Notes: generated from the sequence alone by a model not told the origin. DNA of 64,000 nt from an uncultured Methylococcaceae bacterium (GCA_903908165.1 CAIVQX010000173.1:8528-72527); one strand, 5' to 3'; positions 29,356 through 39,627 are shown, counted from the first letter of the stretch. Numbers and translations are program-made.

Positions 29356-30432
29356 TTAATGAATAGTAAGAATATCTAAAGCACTTAAAGGATCACTTCG
29401 ATATTCAATAAGCTCTTTTCCTTGCTGAACAATGAAAAGTGCAGAGATTTTTTTCACATTGGCAATTGCCGTACCATCTTTGTATCCTAAGCAAAGCAAA
29501 GCAGTAGACCACGCATCTGCTATAGTAGGATTTTCGTGAATAACAGTGACAGAAACCAAGTCATGAGTAACCGGTCGACCCGTCCGAGCATCAAGAATAT
29601 GACTATAACGTTTTCCCTTGTCATCAAAATAATGCCGATAAGTACCTGACGTCATGATAGATATGGGTAATATTTCCGGCATACTAATAATTTTTTGCAT
29701 AACCTGTTCCCCAGGCAAAGGCCTTTCAACTGCAATTCGCCATACTTTTGAATCGGGCTTGTGACCTCGAGTTTTTAACTCACCACCAATCTCAACCAAA
29801 TAATTTTTAATACCATTTTTTTCTAAGATATCACTAATACGTCCCACGCTGTAGCCTTGAGCAATAGATGATAAATCAACTTTTAAATCCGATTGATTTT
29901 TACGCAAATGTGTTTCATCCACTATCTCCAGCTTTTCCATACCAATTTGGGATAAGGTTTTAAGAATTGTACTTTCATCAGGAATAGTTAATTTATCTCC
30001 TCGAAACCCCCATAACTCAAATAAAGGCTTAATCGTTAAATCATAACAACCCTCACTGGCCTGATGAACCGCCTGAGCCACGCGAACTAACTCTATAATC
30101 TCTTTACCTACTTCTTGGCTTTTGATATTTTCAACACTATTGAATACCTCAATAACAGAATCAGGTCTATAATTGGATAGTGTTTTATCAATAAAATTAA
30201 ATTCACTAATGATACTGGCTTCAATATCCTTACTATTAACTGACAACTCGGACCAATAGCTGATATGGTAAGTCGTTCCTTGCGCAGCACCTTCAAGCTT
30301 TTGAATAGAAGGATCAGAACAACCTGTAAGTAAGCTAAAAAACAGCAAACAACTATAATATGCAGGTAAACTAACCCAGTGTTTTTTAAAATATACCAAG
30401 ATTCCTATCCATTTAGGTTTATTCTTTATCAT
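29356..30432 (-). CDS. apbE: FAD:protein FMN transferase ApbE (lipoprotein)
   Basis: Lipobox LLTGC, GTTYHI, DLSSIAQGY, VEIGGE, TSGTYR, SHILDARTG, ADAWSTAL. Confidence 0.92.
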   Translation of the reverse strand: MIKNKPKWIGILVYFKKHWVSLPAYYSCLLFFSLLTGCSDPSIQKLEGAAQGTTYHISYWSELSVNSKDIEASIISEFNFIDKTLSNYRPDSVIEVFNSVENIKSQEVGKEIIELVRVAQAVHQASEGCYDLTIKPLFELWGFRGDKLTIPDESTILKTLSQIGMEKLEIVDETHLRKNQSDLKVDLSSIAQGYSVGRISDILEKNGIKNYLVEIGGELKTRGHKPDSKVWRIAVERPLPGEQVMQKIISMPEILPISIMTSGTYRHYFDDKGKRYSHILDARTGRPVTHDLVSVTVIHENPTIADAWSTALLCLGYKDGTAIANVKKISALFIVQQGKELIEYRSDPLSALDILTIH

Positions 30433-30782
30433 AAAAAAGGTTTACCTAACTTTTATTACAGAAGGTCCTTAAAATCAAGTTGCACATTATCTACATACAT
30501 CATAAACATGGATACCTATTTACTTATTAAGATATATAGACAATTTAGATATGATTAATCTGCAATCCTTCTTACGAAAACCATGATCAATACTTCTAAA
30601 CATCCTGGATGTATCTGTAGCCAATTTCATTTAAAAGCAACTTAATTCGACCATTATAATCTCAAATAGTTATTCGTTTATTAAAAATACAATTTTTAAA
30701 TTATATCCATACAGATCTTTGGTTCAAAATCGACTGGGTCGTTCAATAATAAGCGTATTATATTTTTCAGGCTAAGCTAAAA

Positions 30783-33700
30783 ATGAATAATTTATTAGGT
30801 AACAAGCCACCGAAACAACTCATTTCCGGCATCTTTTTATTGTGTTTGTTAATACTAGCCTTCATGGTAATAAGTGAACTTTTGGTTCCGCTCATTTGGG
30901 CAGTCATTATAAGCTATATCATGTGGCGCCCTTATCAATGGCTTAGATATCAACTTAATGATCACGCTACGCTAAGTTCTGCATTAATGACAATATTTAT
31001 TGCAACGGTCATTTTTTTGATCCTCTACTGGCTCCTTGCCATGTTACAAAATGAAACGCAAACAGCTTATCAAAGCTTGGCTATTAACCTAAATCAAGAA
31101 TCCTATCAATTTCCTAACTTCTTACTAAACACACCATGGCTAGGTCATTATTTACAAGAATGGCTTGATCGACTCACTCACGACCGTGCAGAATTAATAC
31201 TACAATTTGCTAATTGGGCAAAGCAATGGCTAGGTGGCTTAGCGAAACTCATCGGTGACATAGGATACAACGTTATAAAGCTGGGTATTATTCTTGTCAC
31301 CGTGTTTTTTTGTTTTCGAGATGGCAAAGAGATAATTAACCAATTACAACAAGGATTGGTTCAATTTCTTGGTCAACATCAGCATATCTATATTGAAGCT
31401 GCTTGTAACACAACACGTGCAGTGGTTTACGGCCTGATCCTTGCTGCTCTTGGACAAGGTTTAGTTGCAGGACTTGGGTACTATATTGTTGGCATTCAAG
31501 CCCCTATTCTTTTTGCTGCAATTACGGCTCTTTTAGCCATAATACCAATGGGCGCCACTTTGGTTTGGCTACCCACTGGTATTGCGCTCATTCTAACAAA
31601 TCAACTGGGAGCCGGTGTAGGACTTTTACTCTGGGGTTTATTAGCAGTCAGTACCATTGATAATATCATTCGTCCGTTAATCATTAGTGGGACGAGTAGA
31701 ATTCCTTTTCTACTTGTATTATTTGGTGTACTTGGTGGGCTGAAGGCCTTTGGTGCGATTGGTCTATTTTTAGGACCCATTATTTTGGCCGTCCTACTTT
31801 CTGTTTGGCAAGCTTGGTTAAAGCTTCAACAAGAAACATCTTATTCAAATTCACCAGCTCAACATATATGGCATAACTTAACTGCGATTCAAGCAATTAA
31901 TTATCTAACATCTAATCAAACAACTGGATTAAGTCAATTGGTAGCCATGGAACGTTGGCATTATTATGGCCCTAACCAACTTATAGAAAAAAAACCACGT
32001 TCACTCTTGAATTTATTTTTCTCCCAATTTGAAAGTTTTCTTATTTTGGTTCTCATTGGCGCGGCTATATTATCTGCTGCTATTGGAGATTTACAAGATG
32101 GCCTTACCATCTTGATAGTTGTGGTAATTAATGCCTTACTCGGGTTTTACCAAGAGTTTAAAGCTGAAAAATCCTTATACGCACTAAAAAAAATGTTCGC
32201 ACTCAAAGCCAAAGTTCGTCGTGATGGTGGCATTAGTGAACTACCAGCCGATCAACTTGTGCCCGGGGATATTATCATTCTTGAGGCTGGCAACAAAATA
32301 CCTGCAGATGGTCGTATTATTACAGCACATACACTGGAACTAGATGAGTCATCACTAACAGGTGAATCAATTCCAGTTTCAAAGCAATCACAACCACTCA
32401 AAGAAATTGCAACACCTCTCGCTGAAAGAAGTAACATGCTTTATATGAATAATGTCGTTACCCGTGGACGTGCAGAAATGCTGATAACTGCAACAGGTAT
32501 GAATACTGAGATTGGCAAACTTGCGCAGCTACTTTCTCAACCGGAAGAACGAATCACACCACTTCAAATCCAACTTGATAACTTGGGTAAACGTCTTATC
32601 CTGATTGTACTTACAGTCATTGTAATCTTATTTATCAGTGCCTTATTGAGGGGCGACCCACTGATAGAAACCGCATTCAGTACCATTGCACTGGCTGTTG
32701 CCGCAATTCCAGAAGGTTTACCAGCTGTCGTTACTGTGACTTTGGCACTCGGAATGCATCGCATGGCTCATCAACATGCTATCGTTAAACGTTTGGCCGC
32801 AGTAGAAACACTGGGATGCACTACCGTTATCTGTTCTGACAAGACAGGTACGCTAACCGTCAACCAAATGACTGCAAGATCAATTTTTTACAATAATCAA
32901 ACTTATACTGTCAGCGGTGAAGGTTATTCGTTGATCGGAGAAATTTTTCCTCCTATTTCTCCAAATAATCTTTCAACGCTTCTATTACCACTGGCACTTT
33001 GTAACAACAGTCACATACAAAATAGTCAAATTGTAGGCGATCCAATGGAAGATGCTTTATTGGTGCTTGCTGCCAAAGGCGGCATTGTTAGCGAACTGGC
33101 TAACAATCAATTCCCCAGATTTGCCGAGATACCGTTTGATGCAGCTCACAAATTTATGGCCACATTTCACCATTATGAAAATGAAGTAAAAATATTCATA
33201 AAAGGTGCGCCTGAAATATTACTTGAGCTGTGTCATTCAGTTCGAGACACTGAACATCAAAATCTGCGACCATTAGAACCAGACGAAATATTAAGACAAA
33301 ACAACATAATGGCTAGCAGTGGCTTGCGTGTAATTGGAGTAGCAGTTCGTTCAGTTCCCGCAGAGACTGTAGAAGCTAATAGCGACCTATTTCAACACAT
33401 CAAGGATCTCACTTTTATTGCTCTAATAGGACTTATGGATCCTCCCAGACCAGGAGTTCAGGAGGCTATTAAGCTCTGCCAACAAGCCGGTATTGCAATC
33501 AAGATGATTACTGGTGACCAAAAAATTACAGCATTGGCAATTGCAAAAGAATTAGGGTTAATGGGTGAAGTAGCAGATGGTCGAGACTTACTTCAATATA
33601 ATGATAATACACTAGCTCAACGTATAAATAATATCAGCGTATTCGCTCGCACCACACCGGAACAAAAAGTACTTATTATTGAAGCTTTAAAAGCGGATGG

Positions 33701-34553
33701 ACACATTGTTGCTATGACAGGTGATGGTGTTAATGATGCACCTGCACTAAAAAATGCCGACATTGGTATTGCAATGGGCATAAGTGGAACTGATGTTGCA
33801 AGGGAAGCTGCAATGATGATATTAACAGATGATAATTTTGCCACTATAGTGAATGCGATTAAAGAAGGACGTGGGATCTATGATAATATGATTACGTTTG
33901 TACGATTTCAACTTTCCACTAATATAGGCGCAATATTGACTGTAGCTATTGCTCCACTTCTAGGAATGCCCATTCCTTTTACTGCAGTGCAATTATTATG
34001 GATCAATATTATCATGGATGGCCCACCAGCCATGTCACTAGGTGTTGATCCAACACGAACCAATAGTATGGACGAAATGCCCCGCAATCCAAAAGCGCGT
34101 ATACTTTCACTCCGCCGTTTTGGTAATTTATTTAGTTACGGATTAACAATGGCAATAGGTACACTAGGAACTTTATATTTTAGCTTACAAACTGGAACAC
34201 TCAATCATGCAAAAACCCTAGCTTTTACGACCTTCGTATTATTTCAGGTATTTAATGTTTTTAATGCTCGCGCTGAAAAAAACAGCACATTTAACAGTCA
34301 CTTCTTTGCTAACAAAATGCTCTGGCTTGCTATTGTCTCAGTGATACTATTACAAATATTAGTAATAAACTGGACACCTGCGCAAGCAATATTTCAAACT
34401 ACTGCATTAACAGCGCATGATTGGTTAATTGCTACTGGAGTCGCAATGTCCATTCTTTTTCTTGAAGAAATTCGGAAACTTATAAAAGGAATCATATTCC
34501 AACCAATAAATGCAACCAATAAAACAGTTACTATAAATTCAAAACATGAATAA
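30783..34553 (+). CDS. Fusion: AI-2E family transporter (aa 1-~345) plus type II cation-transporting P-type ATPase
   Basis: N-terminal part has IDNIIRPLII and GLFLGPIILA. C-terminal part has TGES, PEGL, DKTGT, KGAPE, DPPR, TGD, GDGVNDAPAL. Confidence 0.9.
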   Translation: MNNLLGNKPPKQLISGIFLLCLLILAFMVISELLVPLIWAVIISYIMWRPYQWLRYQLNDHATLSSALMTIFIATVIFLILYWLLAMLQNETQTAYQSLAINLNQESYQFPNFLLNTPWLGHYLQEWLDRLTHDRAELILQFANWAKQWLGGLAKLIGDIGYNVIKLGIILVTVFFCFRDGKEIINQLQQGLVQFLGQHQHIYIEAACNTTRAVVYGLILAALGQGLVAGLGYYIVGIQAPILFAAITALLAIIPMGATLVWLPTGIALILTNQLGAGVGLLLWGLLAVSTIDNIIRPLIISGTSRIPFLLVLFGVLGGLKAFGAIGLFLGPIILAVLLSVWQAWLKLQQETSYSNSPAQHIWHNLTAIQAINYLTSNQTTGLSQLVAMERWHYYGPNQLIEKKPRSLLNLFFSQFESFLILVLIGAAILSAAIGDLQDGLTILIVVVINALLGFYQEFKAEKSLYALKKMFALKAKVRRDGGISELPADQLVPGDIIILEAGNKIPADGRIITAHTLELDESSLTGESIPVSKQSQPLKEIATPLAERSNMLYMNNVVTRGRAEMLITATGMNTEIGKLAQLLSQPEERITPLQIQLDNLGKRLILIVLTVIVILFISALLRGDPLIETAFSTIALAVAAIPEGLPAVVTVTLALGMHRMAHQHAIVKRLAAVETLGCTTVICSDKTGTLTVNQMTARSIFYNNQTYTVSGEGYSLIGEIFPPISPNNLSTLLLPLALCNNSHIQNSQIVGDPMEDALLVLAAKGGIVSELANNQFPRFAEIPFDAAHKFMATFHHYENEVKIFIKGAPEILLELCHSVRDTEHQNLRPLEPDEILRQNNIMASSGLRVIGVAVRSVPAETVEANSDLFQHIKDLTFIALIGLMDPPRPGVQEAIKLCQQAGIAIKMITGDQKITALAIAKELGLMGEVADGRDLLQYNDNTLAQRINNISVFARTTPEQKVLIIEALKADGHIVAMTGDGVNDAPALKNADIGIAMGISGTDVAREAAMMILTDDNFATIVNAIKEGRGIYDNMITFVRFQLSTNIGAILTVAIAPLLGMPIPFTAVQLLWINIIMDGPPAMSLGVDPTRTNSMDEMPRNPKARILSLRRFGNLFSYGLTMAIGTLGTLYFSLQTGTLNHAKTLAFTTFVLFQVFNVFNARAEKNSTFNSHFFANKMLWLAIVSVILLQILVINWTPAQAIFQTTALTAHDWLIATGVAMSILFLEEIRKLIKGIIFQPINATNKTVTINSKHE

Positions 34554-35868
34554 TATTTTTTTAATTATTATTGCCTTACTACTGGTAATGCTCAATGGTT
34601 TTTTTGTGGCAGCAGAATTTGGTCTTGTTAAACTGCGTCAGACACGAATTCAGCAGATTGCCAAAACTCAAGGTTGGAAAGGACGTATTTTAGCAATAGT
34701 TCATTCTAAACTTGATGCCTATTTATCCGCTTGCCAACTAGGAATCACATTAGCCTCCCTTGGCTTGGGCTGGGTTGGTGAGCCAGCCTTTGCCAGCATA
34801 TTGGAACCGACATTTAGCGAACTTAACATAACCTCGCCAGAATTAATACACGCTATTTCATTCACTTGTGCATTTTCTATTATTTCATTTTTACATATCG
34901 TTGTCGGTGAGCTTGCGCCAAAATCAATGGCTATCCGAAATCCCGAAAAAATCGGACTATGGAGTGCAGTTCCACTCTATGGATTTTATTGGTTAATGTT
35001 CCCTGCTATCTGGTTACTTAATTCCAGTGCGAATTTGTTATTAAAAGTTTTTACTTTAGGTAACAGTCACGGTAAGGATGCCCATTATTCAGCTGACGAA
35101 CTTAAACTAATTTTACGAGATAATAGTCAAGATAATCGCTTCACACGTGACGAATGGAATACATTAGCAAAGACACTTGACTTCAGCACCCTAGAAGTTT
35201 CTGACTTAATGCGTCCAACCCATGAAATGGTGGCATTACATCGGAATAACTCCTTAAAAACAAACTTAAACATCATTTCTGAAAAGCGCTTTAGCCGTTA
35301 TCCTTATTTCGACACCAATGAAATTGATGTTCTAGGTATTATTCATCTAAAAGATTTGTTCTTTGCATTGCAAATAGACAAGGAAATTGAAGATCTTCAT
35401 CAATTTTTAAGACCTATCCAATATATTTCACCTGATACACCAGCACTCGACTTGTTCCGTTACTTCCGCATGGGTGCATCTCATTTCTCTGTTATTGGCC
35501 AAATAGGAGAAAAACCACAAGGCTTCATTACTCTAGATAATTTGTTAAGCGCCATGGTCGGTGAAATCCAAGATGAATTTAGACAAAATAATAATGATTG
35601 GAACCGCCTTGATGATGGCAGCCTGATTGTTAAAGGTAGCTTGCCAATATTCTCACTGGAACGAATTTTAGGTATCGATATTGAAAATGAAGAACTGGAA
35701 TTAGAAGATGAAGTATCTATTGGCGGACTGATTATGTCTAAACTTCAAGATATACCCGTTGAAGGCCAAAAAATAACATTCAATCAATTTGAAATCATCA
35801 TCAAAAAAATGAAGGGACCTCAAACTGTTCTAGTACAAATATACCCTAATATTGTTGGCATTCACTAA
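34546..35868 (+). CDS. CNNM/CorB (hemolysin-family, DUF21-CBS-CorC) Mg2+/divalent cation transporter
   Basis: NGFFVAAEFGLV, QLGITLASLGLGWVGEP, GELAPK, SRYP, CBS pair, C-terminal CorC/HlyC domain. Confidence 0.88.
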   Translation: MNNIFLIIIALLLVMLNGFFVAAEFGLVKLRQTRIQQIAKTQGWKGRILAIVHSKLDAYLSACQLGITLASLGLGWVGEPAFASILEPTFSELNITSPELIHAISFTCAFSIISFLHIVVGELAPKSMAIRNPEKIGLWSAVPLYGFYWLMFPAIWLLNSSANLLLKVFTLGNSHGKDAHYSADELKLILRDNSQDNRFTRDEWNTLAKTLDFSTLEVSDLMRPTHEMVALHRNNSLKTNLNIISEKRFSRYPYFDTNEIDVLGIIHLKDLFFALQIDKEIEDLHQFLRPIQYISPDTPALDLFRYFRMGASHFSVIGQIGEKPQGFITLDNLLSAMVGEIQDEFRQNNNDWNRLDDGSLIVKGSLPIFSLERILGIDIENEELELEDEVSIGGLIMSKLQDIPVEGQKITFNQFEIIIKKMKGPQTVLVQIYPNIVGIH

Positions 35869-35892
35869 AACATCAACAACTTAATCAATCTT

Positions 35893-35909
35893 CATAATTC
35901 TTACACATT
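35893..35909 (+). promoter_or_regulatory. Candidate response-regulator box upstream of the baeS-like gene
   Basis: CATAATTCTTACACATT, 14/17 identical to the copy at 38081; 11-bp periodic half-sites. Confidence 0.35.
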
Positions 35910-35948
35910 ACATAATCATAATGACAGAATAATGATAGGATTGATTTC

Positions 35949-37388
35949 ATGCATAGAACCATCCGAGGCAAATTATTTTTAACTTTTCTAGTAACAACTC
36001 TTTTTGTTGTTTTTGGAATGTATATTTTTATGCGCAGTTCTCTAAATCAAGGGTTTTCTGCATTGGTAGAATCAAGGCAACAGGAGCAAGTAAAAATTCT
36101 AATTGAAGGTCTTACTGACTATTATTCGAACAACCAAAGTTGGAACAATCTGTCTGGTGATAAAAAAAAATGGATTGATCTTTTATGGAAATCTAATCCA
36201 CAGCATCATGACTACCCTTCACCTTGGATTACACAAGCACTAACAGAACCCAATAACTTTTGGCCACCAGCCATACCTGAGCTGCCACCAAAAAAGCTTT
36301 TTATGCCCCTCGGATTACGCGCAATGTTATTAAACGCAGATAAGACGGTTATTTTTGGTCGTAATGAAGCTATCCATCAATTATCTTTGCATCCTATCCG
36401 TTACAAGGAAAAAATTATTGGTTTCCTGGGTCTCTTGCCAGGTAAGCTATACAATCAGGCCAGTGATATTGAATTTATTGAGAAACAATCTAAATCTTTT
36501 ATTTGGATAGCGTTATTAATGATTTTTTTGTCTGCTAGCCTTGCATTATTACTCGCTTATACCTTAGGTCGACCCATTAAGCGTATAACAACTGCAATCA
36601 AAGCTTTATCTCTGGGGCGTTATAATATAAGACTACCCATAGATTCTAGAGATGAACTTGGGCAATTAGCTCGTGACTTTAACGACATGGCCGCTGCACT
36701 GGAGCAATCAGAACAAGCTCGCCGGCGCTGGGTAGCTGATATTTCTCACGAACTTCGGACACCCTTATCTGTATTACGTGGTGAATTAGAAGCACTTCAG
36801 GATGGAATACATCCATTAACCTCCTCAGCAATTGACTCTCTGTTTGGGGATGTTATGCGACTCCATCGCTTAACTGAAGATCTTTATCAATTATCATTAT
36901 CTGATAAGGGTGCTTTAAGTTATCACAAAGATTATCTAGATCCAGTAGAGATTTTAAAAGATGATCTCACCACTTTACAACTGAAATTCCAAGAAAAAAA
37001 TATTCAGATAAAATGGGTTAACGACATACCAAGCTCTATATTTATTTATGCTGACCCAGATCGTTTATCACAACTTTACCGAAATTTACTTAATAATAGT
37101 GCATCTTATACCGATAATAACGGTCAATTAGTAATCTCTATTTTTCAAAGATCCTCTAATATAGTGATCAACTTTTCTGATAGTGAACCAGGTGTGCCTG
37201 AACAAGAATTATCTAAGCTATTTGATCGATTTTATCGCCTAGAAAGTTCTCGTAATCGTCACCACGGTGGAGCAGGTCTAGGATTAGCTATTTGCAGGAA
37301 TATTGTTGAAGCGCACAATGGTAATCTTCAAGCTAATACCTCTCCTCAAAAAGGTCTTACTGTTTGCATAGAATTTCCAATTGAATGA
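35949..37388 (+). CDS. baeS: BaeS-like sensor histidine kinase
   Basis: Two TM helices, HAMP (DELGQLARDFN), H-box DISHELRTP, LLNN, DSEPG, GLGLAIC. Confidence 0.85.
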   Translation: MHRTIRGKLFLTFLVTTLFVVFGMYIFMRSSLNQGFSALVESRQQEQVKILIEGLTDYYSNNQSWNNLSGDKKKWIDLLWKSNPQHHDYPSPWITQALTEPNNFWPPAIPELPPKKLFMPLGLRAMLLNADKTVIFGRNEAIHQLSLHPIRYKEKIIGFLGLLPGKLYNQASDIEFIEKQSKSFIWIALLMIFLSASLALLLAYTLGRPIKRITTAIKALSLGRYNIRLPIDSRDELGQLARDFNDMAAALEQSEQARRRWVADISHELRTPLSVLRGELEALQDGIHPLTSSAIDSLFGDVMRLHRLTEDLYQLSLSDKGALSYHKDYLDPVEILKDDLTTLQLKFQEKNIQIKWVNDIPSSIFIYADPDRLSQLYRNLLNNSASYTDNNGQLVISIFQRSSNIVINFSDSEPGVPEQELSKLFDRFYRLESSRNRHHGGAGLGLAICRNIVEAHNGNLQANTSPQKGLTVCIEFPIE

Positions 37389-38074
37389 TGAAGCATATCC
37401 TGATTGTAGAAGATGAATTAAAATTGGCTCTTCTGCTAGCCGATTATTTGAAAAATGCTGGCTTCAACACTACTTGTCTAAGTAATGGACTAGAAGTAGT
37501 ATCTTGGCTTAAAATAAACTCAACTGAGCTTGTATTGCTAGATTTAATGTTGCCGGGTAGAGATGGTCTGGATATTTGTCGTGACATCCGTAATTTCAGC
37601 TTAGTACCAATTATAATAATAACCGCACGTATTGAAGAAATAGACCGCTTACTTGGGCTCGAGTTAGGGGCAGACGACTATATCTGCAAACCTTTTAGTC
37701 CACGTGAAATGGTACTTCGAGTTAAAGCTATAATCCGCCGACTTGAGGTACAAACAGATCCAGTTATTAATAGTCTTTTGAGACTGACACCTGATAGCTT
37801 TCGTGTATTTTCTAGAGAACGAGAAATAGAATTAACTAGTGTAGAGTTTTGTTTGTTACAAGCACTATATAATCAACCCGGACGCATATTATCGCGTTCA
37901 AAATTAATGGACTTAATCTATCAGGATCAACGGATTGTCTGTGATAGAACTATTGATAGTCATATTAAAAAACTAAGAAAAAAACTGTTCGATTTATTAC
38001 CAGAGGAAGAATTAATTCACTCTGTTTATGGAGCTGGCTATCGTTATGAGCCACAAAAAAGAGTTATTGAATGA
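37385..38074 (+). CDS. baeR: BaeR-like OmpR-family response regulator
   Basis: ILIVEDE, LLDLMLPG, GADDYICKPFSPRE, RTIDSHIKKLR, YGAGYR. Confidence 0.88.
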   Translation: MMKHILIVEDELKLALLLADYLKNAGFNTTCLSNGLEVVSWLKINSTELVLLDLMLPGRDGLDICRDIRNFSLVPIIIITARIEEIDRLLGLELGADDYICKPFSPREMVLRVKAIIRRLEVQTDPVINSLLRLTPDSFRVFSREREIELTSVEFCLLQALYNQPGRILSRSKLMDLIYQDQRIVCDRTIDSHIKKLRKKLFDLLPEEELIHSVYGAGYRYEPQKRVIE

Positions 38075-38078
38075 TTGT

Positions 38079-38106
38079 TCCACAATATTTACACATTTCG
38101 TCCAAA
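38079..38106 (+). promoter_or_regulatory. Candidate OmpR-family tandem direct-repeat site upstream of mdtA
   Basis: TCCACA (38079) / TACACA (38090) / TCCAAA (38101) at an 11-bp period. Confidence 0.4.
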
Positions 38107-38317
38107 TTATTTGCTTCTTTCATATTTAAAGTAAATATAAAGAAAAAAATCAATATACTGAAATTCATAAGAAATCTATAAAAACAAAAATTTTATGCCT
38201 ATTACACTATTTTTTACTAGTTTATTTTTTAAACGACATGATCATCTCACTGCATTTTTGAAATGAAATATATTTCGTAACATAATGTAATTATGCGCTA
38301 TTTAACAAAGCCAAACG

Positions 38318-39571
38318 ATGGACAAATCAATAATGCTTGGACAATTAAAAAAAAGGATAAAAAAATATTTTTCCTGGAAAATAGGAAGTGCATTAGCTCT
38401 ATTATTGATATTAGCATTTTTTGTCATCAAATGGGTTAGCGAACCAACAGAAGGAGATAGTAAAGACTCTAAAAAATCAACCGAACCTCAGATTGCAGTT
38501 GTCGCAGAAGCAGCGACCCAAGGAGATTTCCCCGTATATCTAAACGCCTTAGGCACCATAACAGCACTACGTACAGTTACTGTAAAATCACGTGTTGATG
38601 GGGAACTTATCCATGTCGCTTTCAAAGAAGGTTCATTAGTAACTGCAGGTGATTTACTCGCCGAAATTGACCCACGAGCATTTCAGGTACAATTAATGCA
38701 GGCCGAAGGTCAGTTACGAAGAGACCAAGCATTATTAAAAAATGCGCAATTGGATCTAGTTCGTTACAAAACACTACTAGAACAAGATTCTATTGCTGCC
38801 CAACAAACACATACTCAACAAGCTGTGGTAGAACAACATCAAGGAACTGTTGAAATTGATCGCGGCCTTGTTGCGGATGCTAAACTCCAACTGAGTTATG
38901 CAAAAATCACAGCACCCATTACAGGAAGACTAGGATTGCGCTTAGTCGATCAGGGCAATATGGTGAAAGCTTCCGATACCAACGGACTGGCTGTTATTAC
39001 ACAAATCAGTCCAATAGCAGCTATTTTTACACTACCTGAAGATAATTTACCAGCCGTCATGCAACGATTTAAATCTGGTGAAACCCTATCAGTTGAAGCC
39101 TATGACCGTGGAGGCAACAACAAGATTGCTAAAGGACAACTATTAGCCGTCGACAACCAAATTGATACAACCACAGGAACTGTAAAGCTAAAAGCTCAGT
39201 TTACTAATGAAGACAATGTTTTATTTTCAAATCAATTTGTTAATATCAAAATTAAAATGGATACACTCAACTCTGTAACGATTATTCCCACCTCGGCTAT
39301 TCAAAGAGGAACAATTGGTTCATTTGTTTATGTCGTAAAAGATGATCATACCGTAAAGTTACAAACAGTAAGTTTGGGGCCTATTGAGGGTGAAAAAACT
39401 GCCGTATTAAAAGGGCTTAACGCTAATGAATTAGTTGTGGTAGATGGTGCAGACAAACTTCGTGATAAGGTGAAAGTTAAACTGATTACCCATGGGTCGA
39501 CATCTTCTGGTGGAACACCGACACTTACTGACAAGCCACTCAATAATAATTCATCAAATAAGAAAAAATGA
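38318..39571 (+). CDS. mdtA: RND membrane fusion protein MdtA
   Basis: TVTVKSRVDG, ITAPITGRLGLRLVD.GN, DNQIDTTTGTVKLKA, LFSNQFVN. Confidence 0.92.
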   Translation: MDKSIMLGQLKKRIKKYFSWKIGSALALLLILAFFVIKWVSEPTEGDSKDSKKSTEPQIAVVAEAATQGDFPVYLNALGTITALRTVTVKSRVDGELIHVAFKEGSLVTAGDLLAEIDPRAFQVQLMQAEGQLRRDQALLKNAQLDLVRYKTLLEQDSIAAQQTHTQQAVVEQHQGTVEIDRGLVADAKLQLSYAKITAPITGRLGLRLVDQGNMVKASDTNGLAVITQISPIAAIFTLPEDNLPAVMQRFKSGETLSVEAYDRGGNNKIAKGQLLAVDNQIDTTTGTVKLKAQFTNEDNVLFSNQFVNIKIKMDTLNSVTIIPTSAIQRGTIGSFVYVVKDDHTVKLQTVSLGPIEGEKTAVLKGLNANELVVVDGADKLRDKVKVKLITHGSTSSGGTPTLTDKPLNNNSSNKKK

Positions 39572-39627
39572 GTATTATTTGAACGTTCTCTTAAATTATC
39601 TTTAGCTCCGACCAAGATACCAAGATC

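Noticed and set aside
30433-30782. Possible tRNA, sRNA or small ORF in the apbE / AI-2E-ATPase divergent gap
   Set aside because: No cloverleaf, no convincing ORF with an RBS; consistent with two divergent promoters.
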